Positions 20,001-27,431 of a stretch of DNA of 37,264 bases are shown piece by piece. Positions within the stretch are counted from its first letter, which is position 1. Every line of letters starts with the position of its first letter. The position numbers and the translations under genes were made by a program. Where the stretch lies: positions 1-37,264 of the forward strand of contig JBDHWW010000030.1 of assembly GCA_039810425.1 (NCBI GenBank), given 5' to 3'. The stretch is from Pseudobdellovibrionaceae bacterium. GTDB lineage: Bacteria > Bdellovibrionota > Bdellovibrionia > Bdellovibrionales > Bdellovibrionaceae. The notes under the pieces were generated by a model. The model made no database searches. It was not told the origin of the DNA and saw only the letters and a list, made by a program, of their open reading frames with translations.

Positions 20001-20124
20001 CCAAATCCGTGATAGCAATTCCACTCAATCCCTGAGCAATCGCAGTTTCAACAAGCTCCGCCGGGTGAGAGGCTCCGGTTAAAAAGCTGAAATTCGATTT
20101 TGCGCGTAACTCGACGTAACTCAT
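17047..20124 (-). CDS. dnaE2: Error-prone DNA polymerase DnaE2 (ImuC)
   Basis: Degenerate PHP ('ELRAKSNFSFL'), GRGSAANS, PPDIDIDFE, KVDIL, GFPESHSASFA, C-terminal OB fold 'RQKPPTAKGV'; imuAB context. Confidence 0.96.
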   Translation of the reverse strand: MSYVELRAKSNFSFLTGASHPAELVETAIAQGLSGIAITDLDGVYGMPRGYQVAKGHPDFKYLVGTECVFVDHPNITVLAQTRASYGRICQLLTKAKRGNEKGKTHLEFSTFLEFLGMQKSPEVFVLPRVSKETRVGDLKEVFGAAQVSLPLTIYLDGNDKKRVAELTEYSRYFDLPLVASNDVEYHENKRKMIQDVLISIREGKTLQEIGFKLQPNAERYLKTPAQMELLYKDFPGSLLKTLEIAQACTFSPSELRYRYPSEWIPVGFEAQSYLEHLIWKNAPERYPKGMSDRVKQQLLHELSLIQELKFADYFLTIYDIVEFAKKKDILCQGRGSAANSVVCYVLGITAIDPIQMDLLFERFISVERGEPPDIDIDFEHERREEVIQYIYEKYGRHRAAMVSAVITYQNRSAFREVCKAFGLSVGALSAKKVERDFNELVKDTPEPGKLRQKIDTITDAIINFPRHISIHSGGFTLSADPIVDIVPVEPARMDGRTIIQWDKYDLDTLGLIKVDILSLGMLSCLQKSLKLTGKKLYEIPQDDKATYDMICERDTVGTFQIESRAQMQMLGRLKPRNFYDLVVEVAIVRPGPIVGNMIHPYLKRRRGLEKIEYPNEVVKRVLGKTLGVPLFQEQIMKLAIDLANFTPGEADVLRKSINAWRSSAPIGVMADRLKRGLLNNGMTEAFANQIFDQIQGFSHYGFPESHSASFALLAYASCYLKCHHPAEFACSLVNSQPMGFYRNDTIIYDALRHGVRVLPVSVLHSEWDCAIAGPHTIRLGFRVTNGIAKKDVDFLIQERRRERFRSLGDFVRRSKLKKEVLHRMAMAGRFEEFQWDTREALWAVLEYQNMFQKPVGNQLSFFSDLEVVPMSSTQIGFQKLDGFEKIQTDYEAFSISTHGHPMAEIRKNLPGIAKDTSKTLRESVNGRRLTVTGLVLIRQKPPTAKGVCFCTMEDEFGFIDIILWRKNFEKYREVFLNHCFITVGGVVQKDGNTTSLLVDRIKPVWNTAHLDTTPLPLEPTQYFY

Positions 20125-20209
20125 TATTGTCTCGCTTGTTGATAACTTAAAAACTTCTACTGTCTTCGAACTAGCCTGAGCGTCCTGTCATTCGAAGCTT
20201 CCTGCCGGC

Positions 20210-21493
20210 TCAATCAAACTCTCCCTGCAAAAAATCCCCCTGGGCCGTCCGGTACAACCAGAGCTGGCGTCCCTTGCGGGTCGTCAGCCGGTAGTACACT
20301 CTTTCGAGAGAGTTTTCCCACCATTCTGAGAAAACAATCTCGCGGTTTTCGAGGCTTACCACCTCGTCGACATTGTCATCCCAGCAGAGATGCTTACCCC
20401 AGAAGTGCACCTGGCTCGGCGACGGCAGAAGTCGTAGGGGACGCTCCGCCAGGCGGTCCACGGGAGGGGGAATCTTGGGTGGCTCGGCTTCCCTCTCCCA
20501 GGTCTTCTCGGGTATATAACTCTCCCGTATCCGCGTGAAGAAAACTGCTTTTTCTCCAATTCGCGTCGCGACTCGCGATACGAATTGAAAAAAAGACTCT
20601 TCGTTCTCCTCCCGACGCTGATTAAATAAACTCTTTTGGTTCATGGCATACGGGATTTCTTCGGTGACAACTAACGAGAACTCCGTGATACGGTGCCGGA
20701 TCGGCTTTGCCGCCATTTGCGCGTCAACCATTTCCTTTGCCACTTGCAGAATCACTTTTTGCGATACATATGGAAGCTGCAGACAGATCGAAATTTTATA
20801 ATCTTGCTCTGCCGGATTCAGCGCATGTTCTTGACGAAGAATAATATCAAACTGGCGAGCCCGCTTGCCTTTGCCTCGCAGCCGTAACTGCATGCGATCC
20901 AGCATCGTCTTCATCTTGAAATAAACCGGCTCGAGATTGTCGACCGGACTTTCCAGATCAAATTCATGACGCTCCGTAATCACTTCACTGGGCTTAAACG
21001 CTTTCCATGGCACCGGGCTTTCACCCATCACACGGTAATAAGCCATCAGCCCCACAGTACTAAAACGCGTACTGATCTCACGCACGGAAAACTTCAAAAA
21101 ATCTTTCAGAGTGCGAACGCCGAGGCTTTTTAAAAGCTCCGTCATTTTTACGACTTTCTGAGTGAGTTCCACTTGTTCCCCGAGCGGATCGAAATAGTAT
21201 TTCAAAGTGTCAATCGGCAGCGCGAGTTTGTCCCGTTGGTCCAACACCGCAAACGACAAGGCCGTGGGCACATCCTCACCAACTCCGATCTTGGCCCGCA
21301 CTCCCGCTTTTCGCAGTGTAACCAGCGTCCGTTGAATAAAGGTATTCACCGAATAAAGCCCTAAGCACTTCGATATATCCATGAAGAGGAAGCGGTCCCC
21401 CCGGGTCATCACCTGAGGAGTTGCACGATAAAAAATTTCTGCAAGGGCTTGCAGGTTTTGCGGTTGTTCGAATTCTAAGCATACGACTGTCAT
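20210..21493 (-). CDS. imuB: ImuB, catalytically inactive Y-family polymerase homolog
   Basis: Y-family palm/thumb remnants lacking catalytic acidic motifs, clamp-type motif QKSLF, ImuB-C signatures 'RPLRLL', 'WW', 'RVYYR', 'LWLYR...GEFD'. Confidence 0.88.
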   Translation of the reverse strand: MTVVCLEFEQPQNLQALAEIFYRATPQVMTRGDRFLFMDISKCLGLYSVNTFIQRTLVTLRKAGVRAKIGVGEDVPTALSFAVLDQRDKLALPIDTLKYYFDPLGEQVELTQKVVKMTELLKSLGVRTLKDFLKFSVREISTRFSTVGLMAYYRVMGESPVPWKAFKPSEVITERHEFDLESPVDNLEPVYFKMKTMLDRMQLRLRGKGKRARQFDIILRQEHALNPAEQDYKISICLQLPYVSQKVILQVAKEMVDAQMAAKPIRHRITEFSLVVTEEIPYAMNQKSLFNQRREENEESFFQFVSRVATRIGEKAVFFTRIRESYIPEKTWEREAEPPKIPPPVDRLAERPLRLLPSPSQVHFWGKHLCWDDNVDEVVSLENREIVFSEWWENSLERVYYRLTTRKGRQLWLYRTAQGDFLQGEFD

Positions 21494-22032
21494 CCCATCC
21501 TCCTTTTTTCGGTTTCAATATTGAAACCAAGTTTTTTCTTCGAAACCTTTAATTGTAAATTCGGCACCCAGCATTGATGCATATCCTCAGACAAAAGAAA
21601 AAAGTGGGCACCGCATCTCTCAGAGAGAAGCTGATAGCGTCTTAAATCTTTTTCGTCAGTCGGTCGGTCTACATCAAGATTAGTTACTAAGGCTTGAAAA
21701 CATCCTGATTGGAGAGCTTGATTGACACACCAAGCAAGTTGCTTTCCAGCTTCAATAAATAATACATTTTCTGTCTTCACCCCTTTTTGAAAAAGCGCGT
21801 AGGGGTTGATCGTTAACTCCTTTTCGATCCAAACCACTTTCATGTCTGGATGTTCTTTCAGAAACAAACTCACTAACTCCGTTTTGCCAAAACCGCTGAT
21901 TTCAATAATCGAGCCCTTTGGGAAACCCCCGCGAAACAAAGAAAAATCGCTCTTTTCCCTCTCAAGGTGCTGGGCCGAGCCAATAAGCTGCCTTAGCTCC
22001 TCGAGAGAGGGCTTCACTAGAACTAAGCTCAT
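21490..22032 (-). CDS. imuA: ImuA, RecA-like mutasome protein
   Basis: 'GGFPKGSIIEISGFGKTE' degenerate Walker A, 'LRRYQL'; position between lexA and imuB. Confidence 0.85.
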   Translation of the reverse strand: MSLVLVKPSLEELRQLIGSAQHLEREKSDFSLFRGGFPKGSIIEISGFGKTELVSLFLKEHPDMKVVWIEKELTINPYALFQKGVKTENVLFIEAGKQLAWCVNQALQSGCFQALVTNLDVDRPTDEKDLRRYQLLSERCGAHFFLLSEDMHQCWVPNLQLKVSKKKLGFNIETEKRRMG

Positions 22033-22047
22033 ATGTTTTATTACCTG

Positions 22048-22641
22048 TTATTGGAAGCGCAGCAGTCCGCAGTAAATTCCTGAGATCTTCAGTTGCCGAT
22101 CCTCTTCCACAATAATGGGCTTGTATTGAGGATTGGCGGAATGTAATTCGACATGATCCCGCTTCTTGTAAAAACGTTTGATCGTCGCTTCATCATCAAC
22201 TTCAGCAACGACGATCTCGCCGTTGGTGGCAGATTCTTGGCTGCGGATCACAACGTAATCACCATCAAGAATGCCCTCACCGATCATCGAATCCCCGGAA
22301 ACCTGCAGAGCAAAATACTCGCCGGCCCCCTTAAGCATACTGAGAGGCACTTCGATGCGTTCGTTAAATTTACGGTTCTCGATAGGGCGGCCCGCGGCCA
22401 CCTTACCGAGCAGAGGAACCAAGTTCCCCTCTTTGTGAACGGTCAGACTCTGAGAAAGATGGCGCTCCTTGGTCAGGTAACCTTTCTTTGTCAAAGCTTC
22501 GACATAGTGCTGTACCGAAGACTTTGTCGCATAGCCAAAATGCTTCGCGATGGTTTCGTAGGTCGGAGGGAAGCCGTTTTTTTCTTGATACTTCTCGATG
22601 TACTCGAGAACTTTCTTTTGATTTGCAGTTAAATTTTGCAT
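22048..22641 (-). CDS. lexA: LexA repressor
   Basis: wHTH 'LTANQKKVLEYI...GFPPTYETIA', VAAG cleavage site, GDSM Ser, TIKR Lys; AAGGAG SD favours ATG 22641 (GTG 22644 possible). Confidence 0.96.
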   Translation of the reverse strand: MQNLTANQKKVLEYIEKYQEKNGFPPTYETIAKHFGYATKSSVQHYVEALTKKGYLTKERHLSQSLTVHKEGNLVPLLGKVAAGRPIENRKFNERIEVPLSMLKGAGEYFALQVSGDSMIGEGILDGDYVVIRSQESATNGEIVVAEVDDEATIKRFYKKRDHVELHSANPQYKPIIVEEDRQLKISGIYCGLLRFQ

Positions 22642-22716
22642 CACACTCTCCTTACTACTTTCTTCATCCCACGTTGCTTCTCTGGCTAGGTCTCGCGGGC
22701 GGCCTCTTTACACACT

Positions 22717-22785
22717 CGTACTTTTAACGCACCTTCGTGCCCGTACATTTCCCGTACTTTGAATATAACCGTACATTTCCCGTAC
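22717..22785. promoter_or_regulatory. Three candidate LexA operators, CGTAC-N6-CGYAC (GTAC-N7-GTAC)
   Basis: Exact 17-mer CCGTACATTTCCCGTAC at 22741-22757 and 22769-22785; one-mismatch box CGTACTTTTAACGCAC at 22717-22732. Confidence 0.75.
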
Positions 22786-22791
22786 CGGCAA
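22762..22791 (-). promoter_or_regulatory. lexA cassette promoter TTGCCG-N18-TATATT
   Basis: -35 at 22791-22786, -10 at 22767-22762; one repeat fills the spacer and one lies just downstream. Confidence 0.65.
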
Positions 22792-22830
22792 GAGGGGTCT
22801 CGTGTTTTTTTTAACTTTTTTCGTAAACCT

Positions 22831-22859
22831 TTGAAATCACGTGATAGATGCACTACGGT
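22831..22859 (+). promoter_or_regulatory. Candidate SRAP promoter TTGAAA-N17-TACGGT with palindrome ATCACGTGAT
   Basis: Hexamers at 22831-22836 and 22854-22859; perfect 10-bp palindrome 22836-22845. Confidence 0.45.
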
Positions 22860-22867
22860 AGGACCTT

Positions 22868-23536
22868 ATGTGTGCACAATACATTGTGAAGCTCCAGGCC
22901 CTAGATCTAGAAACCCTCTTTGGAATTTCCATTTCGAGCGGCACTCCTCCCTGGGTTGAACGGATCACCCCCTACACCAACGCCCCGGTTTTGACCCACG
23001 ATGGAGCGCACCTGATGAACTTCTCTCTGATCCCTTCCTGGGCGGCTGAGAGGAAACAGAAATTCGCCACTTATAATGCACGGATTGAAACGGTGATTGA
23101 GAAGCCGACGTGGCGGCAGCCTTTCGAGAGTAAGCGCTGCCTCGTTCCCATGAGCAAATTCGTTGAACCGATCTATGAACATGAATACGCCGGCAACATG
23201 GTGGCCTTTGAACGCAAAGATCACGAGCCTCTTTTCGCTGCGGGAATTTATGATCACTGGATGGATAAAAAAACCGGCGAAGAGGTCGCAAGCTTCGCCC
23301 TTCTGACCTCGCCGGCTCTAGCCTTCGTTCATCGCATCGGCCACGAGCGCAGTCCGATCTTTCTGCCGAAAGAGTCTTTCGCCGCGTGGACAAAGCCGGA
23401 GAAACAAAATCCGCAAAAGCTGGTGCAGTACTTACGTGAGCATCGCCTGAATCCGCCGCTCATAGTGGAGAAAGATCGCCCCATGAAAGTCGGCTGGGAA
23501 AAGCACAAACCCCCAAGGAGACTTGCGTCTCAATAG
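22868..23536 (+). CDS. SOS response-associated peptidase (SRAP; YedK/HMCES family) abasic-site protector
   Basis: Cys2, 'TYNARIET', 'RCLVP..FVEP' Glu, 'GHERSPIFL' His; adjacent to mutasome. Confidence 0.93.
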   Translation: MCAQYIVKLQALDLETLFGISISSGTPPWVERITPYTNAPVLTHDGAHLMNFSLIPSWAAERKQKFATYNARIETVIEKPTWRQPFESKRCLVPMSKFVEPIYEHEYAGNMVAFERKDHEPLFAAGIYDHWMDKKTGEEVASFALLTSPALAFVHRIGHERSPIFLPKESFAAWTKPEKQNPQKLVQYLREHRLNPPLIVEKDRPMKVGWEKHKPPRRLASQ

Positions 23537-23577
23537 AAAATCCTTTACGATCAATTCTCCAGGAAGGACGTACAGCC

Positions 23578-24657
23578 ATGATGAACGGACGCATTCTTAT
23601 CTACCGCGTATTTGATATCGGCCGCGATGTGAATCTCGAGGCCGCTCAAAAGATTTTTGAAACCACCACTACGGCCCAAAGGTTCCGCTTAAATCGTTCT
23701 TCCAAGGCCATGATCATCAACAATGCACCGCTGTCCCTCAACATCGAAGTTTCCAAGTACGATGCTTTGGGGCATCCGCTCGATCTTGAGATCTCAGCAA
23801 AGATCTGGCACTTCGGCGCGCTGTCGATCACGATGTCTTTCGGAATGCCCGATAATTTGTCGTGGAACCGGCTGATCGAGCTCGGGAACTTCCTTGAAAA
23901 CGACAACAACCTCGATTTACTCGCAAAACAAAAAGTCGAACAAATTCTTCTGACAATGAATCCCGAGCGCGTACAAACCACGAACTGGGAAACTTACGAA
24001 GATTACATCTGCTACTTCTTCCGCAAACTGGATGGCTGCGAAAAAAATACGATGGAGATCTTTAACCGCTACGACATCTTCCGTCTGATCTTGTCAGAGA
24101 ATAACGAGAACCTCTCGGAACAAACCAAGAAGACGATCTTAGACAGCACCTTCCAGTACAGCAACGACGACCTTGCAGTGATTGACTGGAACTCCGCTCT
24201 GATTATCGAGCCTTCGGGCTCTCTGGATATCGTCGATGTGATCGAGTTCTCCCTCTGCCAGCTTTTAGAGATGCGTTACTATGATGACTTGCTCGATGAG
24301 AAGTTGACGTATCTTTATAACTCACTTGAAAAGCAGAAGTTCAATATCTTCCAGAGCTACTACAACCGTCTTTCCAAAGAGGCGGCGAAGTTTTACCTGG
24401 ATATTGCCGACACGGTTGAGAGTGTTGAGAACAGCATGAAAGTCGTGGGGGATTTCTATCTTGCCAAGATTTTCCGCGCGGCTTCCCTGCGTTTCCGATT
24501 CAAAGACTGGCAAGACAGCGTCAATCAAAAGCTCGAGAACTTGGCGCAGATTTCAAAGATCTTCGTCTCGGAAGGCAATGAAAAGAAAAATCAGCTTTTG
24601 GAGCTCATCATTATCTTTCTGATTGCCATCGAAGTTATTCCTTTGTTCTTTAAGTAA
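23578..24657 (+). CDS. Uncharacterised RMD1/DUF155-like protein with C-terminal TM
   Basis: 359-aa ORF; 'LLEMRYYD' helix and terminal 'LLELIIIFLIAIEVI' resemble RMD1 family; family call tentative. Confidence 0.65.
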   Translation: MMNGRILIYRVFDIGRDVNLEAAQKIFETTTTAQRFRLNRSSKAMIINNAPLSLNIEVSKYDALGHPLDLEISAKIWHFGALSITMSFGMPDNLSWNRLIELGNFLENDNNLDLLAKQKVEQILLTMNPERVQTTNWETYEDYICYFFRKLDGCEKNTMEIFNRYDIFRLILSENNENLSEQTKKTILDSTFQYSNDDLAVIDWNSALIIEPSGSLDIVDVIEFSLCQLLEMRYYDDLLDEKLTYLYNSLEKQKFNIFQSYYNRLSKEAAKFYLDIADTVESVENSMKVVGDFYLAKIFRAASLRFRFKDWQDSVNQKLENLAQISKIFVSEGNEKKNQLLELIIIFLIAIEVIPLFFK

Positions 24658-24732
24658 GCGTGGCAAATAAGACCCCATTTGCGCTTTCTTAGTACCTGTC
24701 TCACGTCATACATGGTAGATTGGGCCTTCACT

Positions 24733-26148
24733 ATGATGGATTCCTTTACAAATACAAAACCGCTCAAAGCCCTCTTAGTTGGCGTGCAATTGCCCCGAGT
24801 TTCCGATGAAGAGATTCAAGGGTCTCTGGCGGAGCTTTCTCGCCTTGTCACCACCTTGGGTTACAACGTGACCGGACAAACCTCCCAGCGTCGGAGCTCC
24901 GAACGCGGCGCCACCGTTCTCGGCGATGGCAAACTCAAAGAACTCGCGACGTGGACGGGCGGCTCCGGCGTTGTCGGCCCGATGGCTGTAAAGAAAAAAC
25001 ATAAAGCCGCATTGAAGTTTGAAAAGAATCAAGTGGCTGATAAAGACGGCGAATCTCCCGAAGACCCTGAAACTGAAGAGGAAGATCTCGATAATAGCTT
25101 GGATGAAGCGCCGAAAGAGCGCGCCGAGGTCGTGATCTTTGACTGTGATCTTTCCCCGTCTCAGTTGCGCAATTTAGAAAGTGCCACCGGTGTGCAGGTT
25201 TTAGACCGCACCGGCGTGATCATTGAAATCTTTAGCCGTCATGCGCACACCCGCGCGGCCCGCTTGCAGGTTGAAATCGCGAGACTCACCTACGTGGCCC
25301 CTCGCCTGCGCGAAACCGGTGGCGGCGAAGACCGCGGGGGCGGTGGTGTTGGCGCCAAAGGCGCCGGTGAATCCACTGTGGAACTGGACCGCCGCAAAAT
25401 CCGCGATCGTATTAAGGAACTCAAACAAGAGCTCTCATCGATTTCACAAGAGCATGATACGCGCCGGGCCCGCCGTGGCCAGGAAATCTCGGTGGCGCTT
25501 GTCGGCTACACCAATGCCGGAAAGTCTTCGTTGATGCGTGCCCTGACCGGCAGCGAAGTGCTGGTCGCTGATAAACTTTTTGCGACACTCGATACAACCG
25601 TGCGCGTTCTTTATCCGGAATCCGTGCCGCGCATTTTGATTTCAGACACGGTCGGCTTTATCAAAAAACTGCCGCATGATCTCGTCGCGTCGTTCAAATC
25701 CACTTTAGATGAAGCCTTGAACGCATCGTTGTTGTTGTACACCGTCGACTCGTCAGATCCGACCTTTCGTTCGCAATTACAGGTGACGAAAACCGTTCTT
25801 GGTGAAGTCGGTGCGAGCGGAATTCAAAATTTATTGATTTTAAATAAAGTCGACCGCCTATCGAAAGAAGAGCGCACAAAGCTTGAACAGGAGTTTCCGC
25901 ACGCGCACTTCATGTCAGCGACAAATCCGAAAGACGTGGCGGAACTTCGTTTAAAACTCATCAGTTATTTTGAAACCGACATGGTCGATGAAGACCTGCT
26001 CGTCCCCTACGATGTTCAAGGGGCCATCGGCGAAATCCGCTCAAAGATGCGCGTCCTCGGCGAATCCTACGATGGTAAAGGCGTTACGCTGAAAGTGCGC
26101 AGCCACCCCGATACACTCGCAAAAATAAAATCACGTTTCCGCCTTTAG
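24733..26148 (+). CDS. hflX: GTPase HflX
   Basis: 'LSPSQLRNLE', 'DRTGVIIEIF..HA', GYTNAGKS, LFATLD, DTVG, NKVD; start ATG 24733 or 24736. Confidence 0.95.
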   Translation: MMDSFTNTKPLKALLVGVQLPRVSDEEIQGSLAELSRLVTTLGYNVTGQTSQRRSSERGATVLGDGKLKELATWTGGSGVVGPMAVKKKHKAALKFEKNQVADKDGESPEDPETEEEDLDNSLDEAPKERAEVVIFDCDLSPSQLRNLESATGVQVLDRTGVIIEIFSRHAHTRAARLQVEIARLTYVAPRLRETGGGEDRGGGGVGAKGAGESTVELDRRKIRDRIKELKQELSSISQEHDTRRARRGQEISVALVGYTNAGKSSLMRALTGSEVLVADKLFATLDTTVRVLYPESVPRILISDTVGFIKKLPHDLVASFKSTLDEALNASLLLYTVDSSDPTFRSQLQVTKTVLGEVGASGIQNLLILNKVDRLSKEERTKLEQEFPHAHFMSATNPKDVAELRLKLISYFETDMVDEDLLVPYDVQGAIGEIRSKMRVLGESYDGKGVTLKVRSHPDTLAKIKSRFRL

Positions 26149-26203
26149 GGAGAGCTGGCTCCGACGGCCGGCCTGCTTCCGTCCTGTGCAGGGGCCCGTT
26201 TTT
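26148..26203. repeat. Intergenic repeat element copy B (core plus right terminal motif AGGGGCCCGTTTTT)
   Basis: Core similar to 16537-16585; the terminal 14-mer is the reverse complement (1-nt indel) of 16511-16523. Confidence 0.5.
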
Positions 26204-26211
26204 GATTTTTT

Positions 26212-27075
26212 CTACGGCAGATATGCGGCGATTTGTTTTAGCACGCGTTCCACGAAATCCTCTTGGGTGGCTTCAATTTTTTCTTTGGAACTGTCCGATG
26301 GAATGTCAACCGAAGTCAGTTCCTTGATTCTTGCGACTTTACCATAACCATTTTCCAAGAAGCCCAAGTCCAACAGCGCACACTTCATGCGAATGCGTTT
26401 TGCATCGGTGTACTGGGCGATATCAACCTGCTGGCGCTTGCCGATGCGGAAAGAAAGCAAAGCCCAGTGCTCGGTGTTCATAAAACGCTGATAAGGCGAA
26501 TCCGAGCCCACACGGGCCGCCACCGTCACCTCGGGCACGCCTTTGGATACAATCAATTTTAAGATCCCTGAAGATAACGCATAAAAGCTGAGTTTCGGCG
26601 CAAGCTCCATCTGTTCCCAAAACGGCGGATTGTGGGGCTCGCTGTGCGCGATGGAAACGACAATTTCTTTTTTAAAAAGATTTGCCAGGTCCGACGTCAG
26701 AATTCCCAAATGCACTGCGAGGGAACTCTTCCAGCTGTCCGTAATACGAAAGCGGGCCTCTGGATAAAAAACCGCGCACAATTCGTTAAAAGAAAATTTA
26801 TAGCGACACTGCTTTCCAGGATCCTGGATCGTTATTTGCGCGGAGTTTTCGTGCCCGTCTCCGCTCACGATTTTTGCGAATGAAACTTTTTGAGGCGCGA
26901 AAATATCCATCGTGCGGGTCACAGCCGCCGGAGCCGTATCCAGATTGTACTCGTGGCTGGTTCTTAAAAAGTGAATCGGCGACTGCACTTTTGAACAAAA
27001 TTCTTCTAAAATGACAGCGTCAAACTCATTTGAAAGCACCTGATCGATAGATTTGCCAAGTTCTTGCATTTGCAT
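26212..27075 (-). CDS. Hypothetical protein (287 aa)
   Basis: Long ORF filling the gap, globular composition, no motif recognised. Confidence 0.75.
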   Translation of the reverse strand: MQMQELGKSIDQVLSNEFDAVILEEFCSKVQSPIHFLRTSHEYNLDTAPAAVTRTMDIFAPQKVSFAKIVSGDGHENSAQITIQDPGKQCRYKFSFNELCAVFYPEARFRITDSWKSSLAVHLGILTSDLANLFKKEIVVSIAHSEPHNPPFWEQMELAPKLSFYALSSGILKLIVSKGVPEVTVAARVGSDSPYQRFMNTEHWALLSFRIGKRQQVDIAQYTDAKRIRMKCALLDLGFLENGYGKVARIKELTSVDIPSDSSKEKIEATQEDFVERVLKQIAAYLP

Positions 27076-27148
27076 GTTAAGACTTTTACATTGAATGGCC
27101 CCGTTGTCTACCTAACCTCGGCACGCGGCAGTAGGACTTTAGCCTCCC

Positions 27149-27418
27149 ATGAAGATACTTTTTCAAGACGAACATTTTTTTGCCATTGATAAGCCCGCGG
27201 GTCATTTTGATCGCATCGCCCACCCGCTTTAGGGGGATATTGAACATGGCGACTCTTACCACAATCGCTTCTTTAGGGATGATTTGGGAATTCCCGGTCT
27301 TTGCCTCAAAGCCTCCTGCCTGCAGTTCACTCACCCCTGGACCGGCCAAGAAATGAAAATTGAAGCCACCGCTTGTGAAAAGCGGAATAAAATTTATTCC
27401 CTCTTTGCGCATTCCTAG
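27149..27418 (+). pseudogene. truC: TruC/RluA-family pseudouridine synthase remnant (internal deletion plus premature stop)
   Basis: MKILFQDEHFFAIDKPAGHF joined to RIAHPL*GDIEHGD..HNR...LCLKASCLQFTHPWTGQEMKIEA; catalytic HRLD core missing; TAG at 27230-27232. Confidence 0.82.
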
Positions 27419-27431
27419 ACATACTAACCCC

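Noticed and set aside
20125..20209. 85-nt imuB-dnaE2 gap with CGTCCTGT / CTTCCTGCCGGC, a possible third repeat fragment
   Set aside because: Match too short to distinguish from chance
21057..21072. GTAC-N8-GTAC inside imuB
   Set aside because: Wrong spacing and intragenic; not counted as an operator
22640..22748. Short uORFs in the lexA leader (MKKVVRRV with TGATG overlap; a 20-codon ORF)
   Set aside because: No convincing SD; explained by purine-rich SD context and chance
22741..22785. Repeat-spacer-repeat as a mini CRISPR
   Set aside because: Only two 17-bp units with an 11-bp gap, no cas genes; fits operator sites
17047..23536. Mutasome cassette as a mobile island
   Set aside because: No integrase, att-like repeats or tRNA boundary seen; composition shift not quantified
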